From assembly GCA_030324005.1 (NCBI GenBank), contig JARDVH010000169.1, positions 12,935,571 to 12,999,570 on the forward strand: a stretch of 64,000 bases of DNA, read 5' to 3'. Both the position numbers and the translations under genes were made by a program. Source of the stretch: Negaprion brevirostris (Eukaryota). Shown one piece after another: positions 1 through 12,430 of this stretch (the first letter of the stretch is position 1; every line of letters begins with the position of its first letter). The notes under the pieces were generated by a model. That model worked only from the letters and a program-made list of their open reading frames with translations, was not told where the DNA came from and searched no databases.

Positions 1-320
1 AACTCATGCCTGATTCCCCAACGATCATCTCCAAGCTCCAACTAGCTTCCAATTCAACTAACCCCCACCCATTCCCCAACACGACTCCCTCCCATCTTCC
101 ACCTGACTGCCCTGCCCCAAACCCCCGAACACGCTAACTCTTCAGCCACCTACCACCGTACCTCTTCACCCACTAACCTGCCACCCGACCCCCCTCACCC
201 ACCCACCTACCCTTTACATCCTCACCCACTCACCTGCTTCCCCACCGCCTCACACACTCACCATAATGTACCACTCACTTACTTACCCACTTACCTTACA
301 CACCCACCTTCTCGCTGTAG
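1..320. repeat. C-rich low-complexity tract of CCCA/CACC-type units, possibly the interior of a non-autonomous DNA element ending near 520
   Basis: Repeated cacccac/ccacctac/cactcac units. Confidence 0.6.
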
Positions 321-869
321 CTTCTGCAACTGGCTCTGGGATCATTAAACTCGCTGTATACCGGATTGGCAGCTCATGCTGTAGTGTAGGAATGCTACAC
401 TAAGTTTGGAAGGTCCTCCATTGGAAGATGGTTCCAAAAAAATTGTCGGAGGCAAGTAGGTAACCTTGTGTCTGATCTGGGTGGTAAACAGGAGTTGTGA
501 CCCAGATTGGAAGTTTTGGGTCATTGAGGTTTGCAGTGCATCTGATTTTGGCCACTCTTCAGTTCCCAACTTCTGACAATGTCAACATCTTGCTGATATA
601 TTTTTTGGTGTGCACCATGTCCTGTGATTCCTCATGTTAATAACCATTGCTCATCATCAAGCTCAATAAGTATTGGTGTGATATTTTGCCAAGATGGCGT
701 CATAATAACTGATCTTAATCCAAAAGCAACATTCAACAGGCACTTTCCCTCCAGGAAACATTCGGTAGCAAACAAGAGCAAGATCTTTGGCTGACGTTCT
801 CCTCTCTACCTGGGACCAGTCACAGCATTCTGACCACATGAGAGCTAGGTCATCAAAAATCATAGTTTA

Positions 870-1395
870 ATGCAGTGTAGAAGGGGGCCATCAAGTCTGT
901 GTCAGCTCTTTCAAAGAGCAATTCAGTTAGTTCCACTTCCTGGCACTTACCCAATATCATGACAATTTTTCTCCTTCAAATATTTCCCAATTTCCTTTGA
1001 GGGCTACTGTTGAATCTTCTTACACCACCCATTAAGCATTGCACTCAAAATCTAACCATCCACTACACAAAGAAATTTCCCCTCAGGTCACCTCTGCCAA
1101 TCACCTTGAATCCATGTCCTTTGATTATCAATCCATCAGCTACTGGAAAGCGTTTCTTTTCATTTACTCCATCAAAACCCCTTCATGATTTTAAATGATT
1201 AAATTATCTCTTAGTCTCCTCTGCCCTAAGGACAATTCTTCTCCAGTCTAATCACTCAACTGTATTATCCCATTCTTGGAACCACGCAAGTAAATCTCCT
1301 CTGCACCCTCCCCAAAGCCTTCACATTCTTCCTAAAGTTTGGCACCAAGAGTTGGACACAATTCCCCAGCTGGGGACGAACTATTGTTTTACTTG
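870..1395 (-). mobile_element. Old CR1 LINE 3' fragment
   Basis: Reverse-complement CR1 3'-end motifs (gaagggggccatc..., aaagaaatttcccctc, ctctgcaccctc...ttcacattcttcctaaag). Confidence 0.65.
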
Positions 1396-2739
1396 GGCGA
1401 CTAATTTAAAGTAGAAAGCGAATAACATTGAATTTAAGCTGCTGAAATTTCAAATTTGTTTCTACAAATATGTGGACACAGAATTCCAATCATATCCCAA
1501 GAAGAATCAAATGCTCTGAATTTTAAACATACAAGACTTGGATAGTGGTAGAGGCACTGCTGGGGTTGGAAGGGAGGAGACAAATTTAAGATAACAAAAA
1601 CGGAAATGGTCATTAAAGCTTAATATCTGTAGTGAGGCCCAGAAATGAGCTTTCAAGGTGGTAGAAATGAATTATTGAGGAGTGGGATAGCAGCACCAGC
1701 GGTCAATTAAATTGGAACGAAAACATTTCGTCTTTTTATTAATTCAAATCTCTTGGGCTTTAAAAGAGGAGTAATTAGCTATGCATAGAATCCAATAACT
1801 TTTTTTTTTACAATTTAACAGAACATTAAGCAACATTAAGTTGTGTGAAACTGTGTAACTTAGATTAGAAGATGAAAGCACATCTGAAGTAATCTGGTCA
1901 TTAGATGAGTTCCCAGTAGATGTAATTAATAATTTGGAAAATATTCAACGTAAATCGCCTCCATTGTTAAGGGTGTAAAAAAAATATAATCTTACAAAAG
2001 CATCTGCAGTCACATGGAAACATCTTTTAGGGAAATGATGGTTCCCATAACCATTTCCTTGAACATTTGTTCCTGTTGAGTGTATAAGTAACATCTGGAT
2101 TTTCAGGCTTTAAGCTCCTGTATCCACTGCTTCCCTTGGTAGAGCAGAAAAGGCTCAAGTGATGAGTATAATGAAATGAATATTAAAGGCTAGCTGATAC
2201 TTTTGGATTTTATTTTTTCATCATTTTGAACGTATTTTGGTACCTTAAGTGTGAAGCACCATTTCCAGAAAAGCCAAGAAACTTTATCCAGGCCCTATTG
2301 TGAAATAGGGTAGGAGCCAAATGAGAGGAATTCGGTTGTGATAATAATTAGTGATGCTCATTTTGCATCTCCCTCCGATCCACTGCTCTTTTAACATCTG
2401 CTCGAGAGGGATCTTGTCTCATGAGGATTTTGTACCTGGCTTGCGGTCAATCATGCCAGTGCATCAATCACTCTTCTTCATAACTAAATGGAAGAAAGAT
2501 AGGATGCTGGAATCCAATAGTTCTGAGATCTGTAGTGAATTGCAGGAGCTACCTCCTTGAGGGAAAGCTGCTGGCTGTATGACAAAGTTACCCCCAACAA
2601 CCTTATCCATCAACTCCAGGGTCCCAATGGTTTGGAAAACTCTACAGAATTATTGATTCCATAACTGCAGAAAGCAGACAGAGCTTTGTGGATAAATGGA
2701 GACTTAAGCCAGTGAGCCTTTTGTGCACCGCCAGGGATT

Positions 2740-2970
2740 TTGACATGTCCCCACCACCAGACTGTCAGACACCTGATGCATACCCAAAAATAGTCTGGCA
2801 GGACACAGACATATACCCACCACGAGACAGCAGACACCTAATATATACTCACAAATAGCATGGCAAGATTCAGATATATTCCCACCACCAGTGTGCCAGA
2901 CATCTGATGGGACACCTGAAAATACTCTGCAAAATTCAGACATGTATCCACCACCAGACACGTAACATCC
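2740..2970. repeat. Degenerate minisatellite, about 66-bp period, core ccaccaccagac...agacacctga
   Basis: Four imperfect copies near 2743, 2810, 2875 and 2940. Confidence 0.6.
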
Positions 2971-3258
2971 AACAATATTGAAATACATAACTGGACTGTC
3001 AGAATTCAGCACACACCTTTAAACTGTCCAACATTGATTGCAAAACACAAGACCTTTATACACAAATACGTTACACCAAACAGCTTGGGAGTGAGTTGGA
3101 TTATTATCTGGGACCTCCCTTTCCCCAAGCAGCCAACGTTTCAGATACAAATCCACCACCACCAGGAAAAGAGGGAAGACGAATGCTCAGTTACAAAAAA
3201 AAGACCGAGATTCAAAATAAGGCAATAAAAATACCCTTACCTTATCATGATGGAGAAA

Positions 3259-3475
3259 GCCACGATGTGGAGTTGCCAGTGTTGGATTGGGGTAGGCACA
3301 GTAAGAAGTCTCACAACACCAGGTTAAAGTCCAACAGGTTTATGTGGTAGCACGAGCTTTTGGGGTATTGCCCCTTCATCAGGTGATGCAGTATGATGAA
3401 GGGGCAACACTCTGAAAGCTTGTGCTACCAAATAAACCTGTTGGACTTTAACCTGGTGTTGTGAGACTACTTACT
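3259..3475. mobile_element. Penelope-like element relic: inverted terminal-repeat palindrome with 12-bp target-site duplication and hammerhead-like cores
   Basis: Arms ~3300-3380 and ~3394-3475 are reverse complements; direct repeat atgatggagaaa at 3247-3258 and 3476-3487; CTGATGA-stem-(G/A)AAA motif in the arms. Confidence 0.75.
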
Positions 3476-5499
3476 ATGATGGAGAAAAGTGTTCAGTGCA
3501 ATACTGACTGTCCAGGTGAGCAGTAATCTCAAGTGGGTACCATCTAACCTTCCTTCCTCTATCTTGTAAAGATGTAGCACTATTTGAATCTTAATTTTTC
3601 ATAGGTTTATATTAAATGGCTAATTTGGAACAGATTCCATACTTACATTTGAGTACAAGAAATTAATTTAAAATATGTAGAACTGAAAAAAAATAATTTT
3701 GATGCAAACTTTGAAATTAGAATCCTCATTTAAATCAGTTCTTTGTTTCAAATGCATATTGTATGTAGTAATAAACCAGACACTTCATATGATGACACAA
3801 TTCCTTTTACAGTGCCATTTTCTAAAACTACTTATTAGTGCAAAACTGGTATTTTTACTCTCTGCCATTAAAGCTGCGACAGGATCATTCTACGTTAATA
3901 GAGACAAGGGTATAGCATTACTGAGATATGCCACCCTGTACCCTAGATAATGCCAACTTGCAGGGAGTTCAGCTGGTCATTGTATGTTGCTGCCATTCCA
4001 GTCTTCTGATGTCCTACAATACCTTAAATCCTGTACAAATTAAAACTGTCATCAGCACACCACTTGTGAAATCCAAGTAGATTACTAGGTCCACGGATGG
4101 TGAGCTGCTGACTGGCACTAGCTTCAGTTTGTAGGTTGCTGCAAGCATAAAATAGTGATGCAACTCATCCCAAATCTGAAATCCAAGCTAAAAGGTGATG
4201 AGATAAAATGAGCGATTGAGCCTAGTTGTGTTTCTGGTGTCAGTGAACTTGACCGTCTCTGCTGGCTGTTAGTAACAGACGCAGCAATGATCTTTCCATA
4301 CTATTGGCAATCATGTGTGTCACATCCTGACAACTCAGAGGCTAACATCATTGACTCTGTTAAGAGCCAGCCTTGTAAAAGGAATACTAAGCAAGTAGGA
4401 GCTAGGATGGTGGTGGTGGAGAACATGATCTTTATCCCTTAAATCCAATACAGGGCATCTGTTCCTGAATGATAACACCGAAAATATGAGTGATAGGAAA
4501 AAGAGAGAAACTTCCTGATGCTAGTTTTCCAGTGGATCAATGTTTTCATGTCTCTGGAAATGGGAAGGAAACAGAAACACAACCAATGATTGACAAACAT
4601 AGAATGGGGTATGCATACGCCCTGGTGATGTGTGTGTGGCTGATATCTGGCAGTCCATTTATTTATTTTTGTTGGGATGAGGCAGAGCTTGGGAAGCAAC
4701 TATGTAACAGTGCTGACCTGAGTTATCATAGTGCTTCAATTTGACAAATATTTCAACATTTACATCTCGAGGGGCAAAAATCAAGTTAAAACCCTTAGTG
4801 GACAATCCGACTGAGCGAAAACATTGTAAACAGGCAGCAGTCAAACACAATTAGCACTTACGTTAAAAAGGAAAGGATAAACAATGTAACAGAAAGCCCA
4901 CAGACACAGCACAAATGGAGTAAACCAGGGTGATTTAACATGCAAATGCAGCCATGCAGCAGAGAACCCATGGGGCAGACAGGTAAAGAGCAGCTCCAGC
5001 ATCAGCACCAGACTCAGCCACACCTCCGTATACTGCTCTAATCCTCGTCTCATTGCTCTAGTGCATTAAAGGCATANNNNNNNNNNNNNNNNNNNNNNNN
5101 NNNNNNNNNNNNNNNNNNNNNNNNNNNNNNNNNNNNNNNNNNNNNNNNNNNNNNNNNNNNNNNNNNNNNNNNNNNNGCGCCAACCAGCATGAGGAGAGCC
5201 ACCACACCCAAGAAGGAAGGAAGAAAGACCAGAGCCAAAGTGCCATACTAGACCAAAGGACCAGACTACGCAGACGTCTACCAAGACCAGTGCACAGATA
5301 AAGGCCAATACCCACTTGGGTACTTGCCAGTCACGCAAAGTTAAGTCAAGGTCTTGTATTGGACTTGAACTTTAGTATTTTCCTGTAAGATAATTTATTG
5401 TTCGTTGGGTGGGTGTTTATTGATTGTGTGGGTTTAAATAAATATTGGTTGTACTAATAAGACGTCTACTCGTAGTTATTTGCCCACCGTATAAGGGGC

Positions 5500-5850
5500 A
5501 AAACAGACTGCAGCAGGCAATACTCAGCAAAGCAGCCAGCATTATTAAGGACCCTGTGCACCCCAGACATTCTCTCTTCCACTTTCTTCCATCGGAAAAA
5601 AGATGGAAGTCTGAGGTCACATACCAACTAATTCAAGAATAGCTTCTTCCCTGTTGCCATCAGACTTTTGAATGGACCTACCTTGCATTAAGTTGATCTT
5701 TCTTTATACCCTAGCTATGACTGTAATACTACACTCTCTGGGTTTCCTTCTCTATGTACGGTATGCTTTGTCTGTACAGTGCGCAAGAAACAATACTTTT
5801 CATTGTATGCTAATACACATGACAATAATAAGTCAAATCAAATCAAATCA
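5500..5850 (+). mobile_element. Rex1/Babar-type LINE 3' end with (AAATC)n tail
   Basis: KAASIIKDPVHPRHSLFHFLPSEKR resembles the Rex1 ORF C-terminus; tail caaatcaaatcaaatca. Confidence 0.8.
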
Positions 5851-5884
5851 TCTATCTCTTGTGGTTGGTTGAGGTCACTGAGGA

Positions 5885-6030
5885 AACCTCTACTACTTTC
5901 CTTTGCAATAGTGCAATGAGATTTTTTATATCCACCTGAAGGCCTCAGTTTAATGCCTCACCCATAAAATGGCAGTTCTGACAATGTGGCACTCCCTCAG
6001 TATTGCAGCAAAGCATCAGGCTAGCCTTTT
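5885..6030 (-). mobile_element. DeuSINE-type SINE fragment
   Basis: atagtgcaatgagattttttatatccacctga...ggcctcagtttaatg...gcactccctcagtattgca resembles the reverse complement of the Deu central domain. Confidence 0.55.
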
Positions 6031-8530
6031 GGTCAATGCTGGGAGAACAGTTTAAACATTGGATTTTAATTTTCTGTCAGTGTTAATTCGCTATTGTATT
6101 CCTGTAAGTGCAACTGACCATTTTAGTGAATTGCCATTAAAATCCAGCATTATTCTAACACTCAGTGAGCAATAGAAGAAATACAATCAGTTGGATGGAA
6201 AAAGGGACATATTTTCTTCTGTCAAAGCTTACCATTCTCTCTGAGTTTTGTCACCTAGAATTTATTTTCAAAAAGGTGTTTAGGATTGAAGGACAATAGC
6301 TCCCACTTTATTAGATGTGAGTATTTCTCAGTGGATTCTTTATGCGAAGTGTTCTGCCAATTTCAATGGAATTATAGCCTTCGAGCAGAGAATATGTGCT
6401 TTGTTTATCGAGATTTCTTTTGGCAGAGCAAGACTTATTTCTTGCCTTGGATCCTCGGTAGTGTTCTAGATCTGGCTCAGTGTTATAGTCCGAAGCCATG
6501 CCAAGAATGTGCTGCATATAGCTTTCACAGGCTCATTGGAGAGGTCCACCTATTACTGATATGATTCATTTTTAACAAGTCCATGCTACTGATTATTGCC
6601 CCCTTAGAAGTTTTTTTAAAAAAAATAATGCCAGGCTAATGTCTTTAACATTTACCATGTCTGACTGATAGCTTACAATTGGTAATCTTCCTTTAGTTTA
6701 GCATTTGGACAAGAAGCTAAAGAATGTAAGGCAGCTAAAGCATTCAACGTTCAAATACTCTCCTGGAAAGCAAATTTCAGTGTGACTAATGACTTCATAT
6801 GGAAAAGGTTTGAGGGAATGTCTGTTTATGTGTGAGTACCATCCATTTATGGTACATGTGGCCATTTATGGTAGATTCCTTTTGAGATATGTGTAGTTTA
6901 AAGGAGTCTGCTTTACTCTTTGCACTAAAGTTGGTTTTCTTAAAGAATGCAACAGTTTTAGACATTCCAGAAAGTGGGTGCACTTTAGTAGATTTTGCTA
7001 CTTATGTCAGTCTGCACTAGTGGCTACCTGCTAGGCTGCACTGGATTCAGAGCAATGCAATTCTATAATCTGATGGCAGGCTTTATTTTTTTCTAACTCT
7101 CATCACTGAAGACTTATGAATAATGACAGCTAACAAACGGCGAGCTATCTTAATTGGTGTTTAGACATTCTGTTGCTGCGCAAAATGAATGTTTATGTTG
7201 AGTGCTATGTTGATACGGTAAAATTAGAAAGTTGGAAAATAATTTGTTTATAAAATGTCACTTTGCATCAACTTCCTTCACATTACAAAAAAAAAGTTGC
7301 AATTATACGAAAGACAAGAACTGCAGCCAGCTTTCGGGGCTGAGGCCAGAAGCCACACTTGCCAGCTGTGGTTTAAGACATTGCATGACTGGAAATTGCT
7401 ACCACATGGTCTTATCTCCTGGGCAGGGAGTCTGAACGTTCTGACAATTTGTTCTCTGAACATGAGCCTCCAAATGAAAACCAAAATGTTGGCCAAACAT
7501 AACATATCGTCAATCTTCTTCTGCTAATGGGGAAACGAGACAAAAAACAAAGGACACTGACTTCCAGAGTGTTTCCCAGCTATATAAGCACTGATGCAAA
7601 GTCCAAGTGACTAAAGGTCTTAAAAACTTTACACCAAACATAAATTGAGAACTTTTTCACAGAAGTTACCTCCACCAGGCAGTTTGTGTGCTGATGAAAG
7701 AGCTGGTTTTTAATTAGGGTGGGATAATTAAGGTGGGGTCGAAAATCTGAGGGAATTCACAAAAGACAAAAATTAGCAGAAGCAACAAACAGTGACTATC
7801 TAAAAGCAAAAAAAAAAGCCCATTCAGTCAAGCAGGCTGCTGACAGATTGTAAAGCAAGCCAAAAGCATTTAAGGATCTGAAGGGCTGGGGGTTGAGGCC
7901 TTCAGTTTTGGAAGGGGGAAGGGAAGGGAAGGGAGGGACACGGGAACTTGACTGAAGATTAGGGCCGAGGATTTAGACCACACAGTATCACTGAGCTGAA
8001 CGCTGGTGACAGACGAGCCTCTGGCAAGCTCTCACGAAATGGTTTCCATGGAAGAGTCACATGGATTTTAATGAAACATGGAAAGTACAAAAGCTGCACG
8101 CAGAAAATAAGGATGAGAATATCAGAGTGATGGAAGAACTGACTACAAGGCCAGATTAGATGTTCTTTAAAATGGAAATTTAGAAATTAATGATGCAATG
8201 TAAATATGAAAATTAAACAATGATGTTATCCTTTTTTGGGAGGAAATGCCAAAACAAGGTAGCTGGAATAGTCTGGCTGCCATGCTTTTCTTCAACCTTA
8301 CGTGCTGTAGACTAATAAAACAATAGGAATTCTTGTTTTGAGGCACCGACAAAAAAAAGTTAACAAAGGTGACATGTNNNNNNNNNNGACATGTGCCTTA
8401 TCAGAGCCAAATGTCTCCAATGACAGTGTGACAATCCTAGCAGTAACATCTGACATCACAGTGCAAACAAAATATTAAATCTCTGTGGGTCAGAGGTCAC
8501 CACAAACATGCCTTGTCCAGTTTGACTTAC

Positions 8531-8622
8531 TTTCTGCCTCGTGTCGCATTAAAAGTCCCTCCGTATTTCTTCCGATTAAGGATGAGAGCAGCAATTTCTG
8601 GTACGTATCGAGCAAACATTGC
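8531..8622 (-). CDS. KCNMA1: KCNMA1 alternative exon 9 (e9alt, mutually exclusive), [30 protein letters not shown](K)
   Basis: 92 nt, same length and phases as exon 9, paralogous peptide; acceptor catgtag|GCA, donor AA|gtaagt; 85 nt downstream of exon 9. Confidence 0.95.
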
Positions 8623-8799
<177 letters not shown>

Positions 8800-10229
8800 C
8801 TAAGAAGAAGATAGGAGACAGAAGAATAGACTAAAAAGAGAGGCCAAAGAGGGGGGTGGGATGCTGTGCTCTAAGGTTCANNNNNNNNNNNNNNNNNNNN
8901 NNNNNNNNNNNNNNNNNNNNNNNNNNNNNNNNNNNNNNNNNNNNNNNNNNNNNNNNNNNNNNNNNNNNNNNNNNNNNNNNGGTTCAGAAGATGTTCTTAA
9001 GATCTGAAACCATGAAAGAATTAGTCAGATCTGTAAAGAAGATCTCAGCTCTGCTCAAACTAGAACTCACAAAGCAAAAAGGCTCAAGGAAAGGGTTCTT
9101 TTTCATAAGAATCTAAAGGAATTGGAGTTGTTTTGAAATTATGTTGCGAGAGTATTTTCATCTACTCAAGAGATGTTTCTCTAACAGAACAGTAAAGGCA
9201 ACAAATAAACTGTAGCATCTAAAAGAACAAATGAGGCCAAAGGCTCAGAAGAGCTTGCACCAGTTTAGTTTGTGAGTTTTAGGAAATTTTTCAATGAAAA
9301 TAATTGGACCAAAATCATGTTTTTGAAGAAAATAAAAATGTTAAAGAAAATTCAGAGCTGATCATGTAACAGCCAAACAAGTCCAAAAGGTCTGCTCGCA
9401 AGATTCGACATTGAAGGAAAAAAAATGCAAAAGTAGTCAAGAGAAAATTTCTATCTGCCATGTTTCGTGCAACAAACACTTTGCTTGTGGTAGGTTGCAT
9501 CTGAGAGCTGTGTCTGGATGAGTTTCTGAATGATTTACGTCGGGATCCACGTGGAGCCACCTCACAGTTACTCTGGCTGGTCTATGGTGAGCTATTCTCA
9601 ATTGTAAACTCAAACATCAAGCTTTAGTTATGGCCGTCCAACATTCGTTATCAGCAAGGGTGCTAAGCTGTATGTAAAAGAGACAGCAGGATCTTCTCAA
9701 CATACACTGAACCCTCAAATGGTGCATTTGGTTCATTCTCATGAAAATTAAGTGAGACCCTTGTCTTGTCAGCTTGGATCGGGNNNNNNNNNNNNNNNNN
9801 NNNNNNNNNNNNNNNNNNNNNNNNNNNNNNNNNNNNNNNNNNNNNNNNNNNNNNNNNNNNNNNNNNNNNNNNNNNNNNNNNNNTTGACTGGATTGGAATA
9901 AAGTAAACAAAAAAAATTATACGTTGAAACGTACTTTCAGCAGGAATTAAACAAAATCCAGTAGCACTTATGATACAAATAAAAATATGCTGACTCAAGT
10001 GGAAACTCTAGCTCGTTGTCTTCCTCCCACCTTCAGAAGAATTGAAACTAACCATAGCACCGTTATAACAGTTCTTAGCACATATCAACTCCAGAAGCTC
10101 CACCTGTAGACTGATTTTACTAATTGAGGCATCAAAACAGGAGAAGGAACCTCATTGAAATGCTATCACCACTGGCTGTGAGAAAGCACAATTATGGGCA
10201 TTAGTTTCCTCTTATGACGTTGAACGCCC

Positions 10230-11600
10230 ATTTAAAAGAAATATTCACGCGGCACAGGCTTTGCTGGCTATACCAACATTCATTGCCCATCCCTAACTGC
10301 TCTTGAGAAAGTATAACCATTGCAGTCCGTGTGGTGCAAGTACACCCATAGTGCTATTAGGGCATGAGTTCCAGGATTCTGGCCCAACAGCAGTGAAGGA
10401 ACAGTGAGATATTTCCAAGTCAGGTTGGTGTATGGTTTGGAAGGGAACATCCAGATGCTGGTTTTCCCAGGTATCTGTTTCCCCTGCTTGTCCTTCCAAA
10501 TGGTACTAGTCAGAGGTTTGGAAGGTGCTGCCTAAGGAGCCTCGGTGAGTTCCTGCATCTTGTAGACGGTACATACCGCTGCACTGTTCGTCGGTGGTAG
10601 GAGGAGTGAATGCTCGTGGATGGACTGGGTGCTAATCAAGTGGACTGCTTTGAACATAATAGGAGCAGGAGTAGGCCATCTAGCCCCTCGAGCCTGCCCC
10701 ACCATTCAATAAGATCATGGCTGATCTGAAGTGGNNNNNNNNNNNNNNNNNNNNNNNNNNNNNNNNNNNNNNNNNNNNNNNNNNNNNNNNNNNNNNNNNN
10801 NNNNNNNNNNNNNNNNNNNNNNNNNNNNNNNNNNTATACTCCATCTGCCAGGTCCTCGCCCACTCGCTCAGCCTATCCAGATCTCTCTGCAGACTTTCCA
10901 CACCCTCCACGTGATTTGCTTTTCCACTCATCTTCACGTCATCAGCAAATTTTGCCCTGGATGGTGTCAAGCTTCGAGTGTTGCTGGAACTACACTCATC
11001 CAGACAAGTGCAGAATATTCCAACACATTCTTGACTTGTGCCTTGTCTGAGGGTTTGAGGAGTCAGGAGGTGAGCTGCACAGATTCCTGGACTCCAACTT
11101 GCTCTTGTAGACACAGTTTTTATATGGCTAGTCCAATTCAGTTTCTAATGTTGATCATGGGGTAGTTAGCAATGGTAATGCCACTGAATGTCAGGGGATG
11201 ATTAGATTCTCTTTTGTTGGAGATGGTCATTGCCTGGCACTTATGCGGTGCAAAATTTACTTACCACTTGATGGCCCAAGCCTGGATATTGCCCATATCT
11301 TGCTGAGTTTGGACACGGACTGTTACAGTATTTGAGAAGTCACAAATTGTGCCGAATATTGTGTAACCATCAGCAAACATCCCCACTTCTGACCTTTCGA
11401 TAGACAGAAGGTCAATAATGAAGCAGTTCAAAATGGTTGGACCTAGGACATTTCCTTGAGGAACTACTGCAATGATGTCCTGGAGCTCCGATAATTGACC
11501 TCCAATAACCACAACCATCTTCTTTTGTGCTAGGTATGAGTTCAACCAGGACAGAGTCCCCATCCTCTACCCTTTGACTCTCACTGACTCCAGTTTTACT
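10230..11600 (-). mobile_element. CR1/L2-group (Jockey superclade) LINE 3' part, interrupted by a younger CR1 at ~10654-10955
   Basis: ORF 11261..11563 has RT motifs (WLNSYL, VPQGNVLGPTILNCFI, MFADG); 3' tail (reverse of agggatgggcaat); nested CR1 gives KFADDVKMSG...LQRDLDRLSEWARTWQMEY. Confidence 0.8.
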
Positions 11601-11699
11601 GGGCTCCTTATTGTCAAGGGTAGTTACTTTCATCCCATCTTATTTTGACAGAGAAGTTAACAATGACCAGGACCGAGTTAATAAGAAGGTCTCTTCTCT

Positions 11700-12430
11700 G
11701 GATCCCATGTCTGTATTTTCAAACCCAAGACTAAGGGCCTGCTTTACTGGGCAGCAGTGATTGTTCTGCTCCAGAGATATCCAACACCAGACTCCCAAAA
11801 CAACTTCTCAACTTGGACCTCGATCAGGTGGGCAACAGAAACGCTTTAGAGACATCTTTAAAGCATCCCTGAAGAGAGATCAAATATCCCTGCAGACTCA
11901 TGGGAGTTCCTGGCTTGTGACCAACCGAAAAAACTATGAAGCTGGGCTAGCGCTTAATATAAAAAAGGATAGCAAGAGTTTTTATAAATATATAAAAAGG
12001 AAGANNNNNNNNNNNNNNNNNNNNNNNNNNNNNNNNNNNNNNNNNNNNNNNNNNNNNNNNNNNNNNNNNNNNNNNNNNNNNNNNNNNNNNNNNNNNNNNN
12101 NNNNATGATCTTACTGAATGGCGGGGCAGGCTTGAAGGGCTAGATGGCCTACTCCTGCTCCTATTTCTTATGTTCTTATGAAAAGCAGAACATTCAGTCA
12201 GGATGGCACAGAACACATTAAGACACTTTGGTGGGAACATGCCAGAGATGGAGTTGAGGCACTGGTGAGAGTGCACTGACCTCCCAACAACTGATCTATC
12301 TTAGCATCCAAGCACCGCCTGCCCCGCATGTGCCAGAGTCTGCATATTGTGTGCTGGAGCACCCATCTCAAATCCCACTGAACTGCAGTGGAAGCAAGTC
12401 ATTCTCGATCCCAAGGAACTGGCTAAGATT
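11700..12430 (+). mobile_element. RTE (BovB-like) LINE 3' end with nested CR1 at ~11925-12180 (collapsed across a gap)
   Basis: RSGGQQKRFRDIFKASLKR is RTE-like; NYEAGLALNIKKDSKSFYKYIKRK and tail cctactcctgctcctatttcttatgttcttatg are CR1. Confidence 0.75.

Noticed and set aside
2740-2970. Regularly spaced repeats suggestive of a CRISPR-like array
   Set aside because: Units are degenerate, the context is a vertebrate intron, and there are no cas genes; this is an old minisatellite.
4745-4775. Minus-strand peptide RDVNVEIF resembling KCNMA1 exon 10 (DRDDVNVEIVF)
   Set aside because: No HIVVCGHIT or SNFLKDFLH upstream and no fitting splice sites; treated as a chance 6-aa match.
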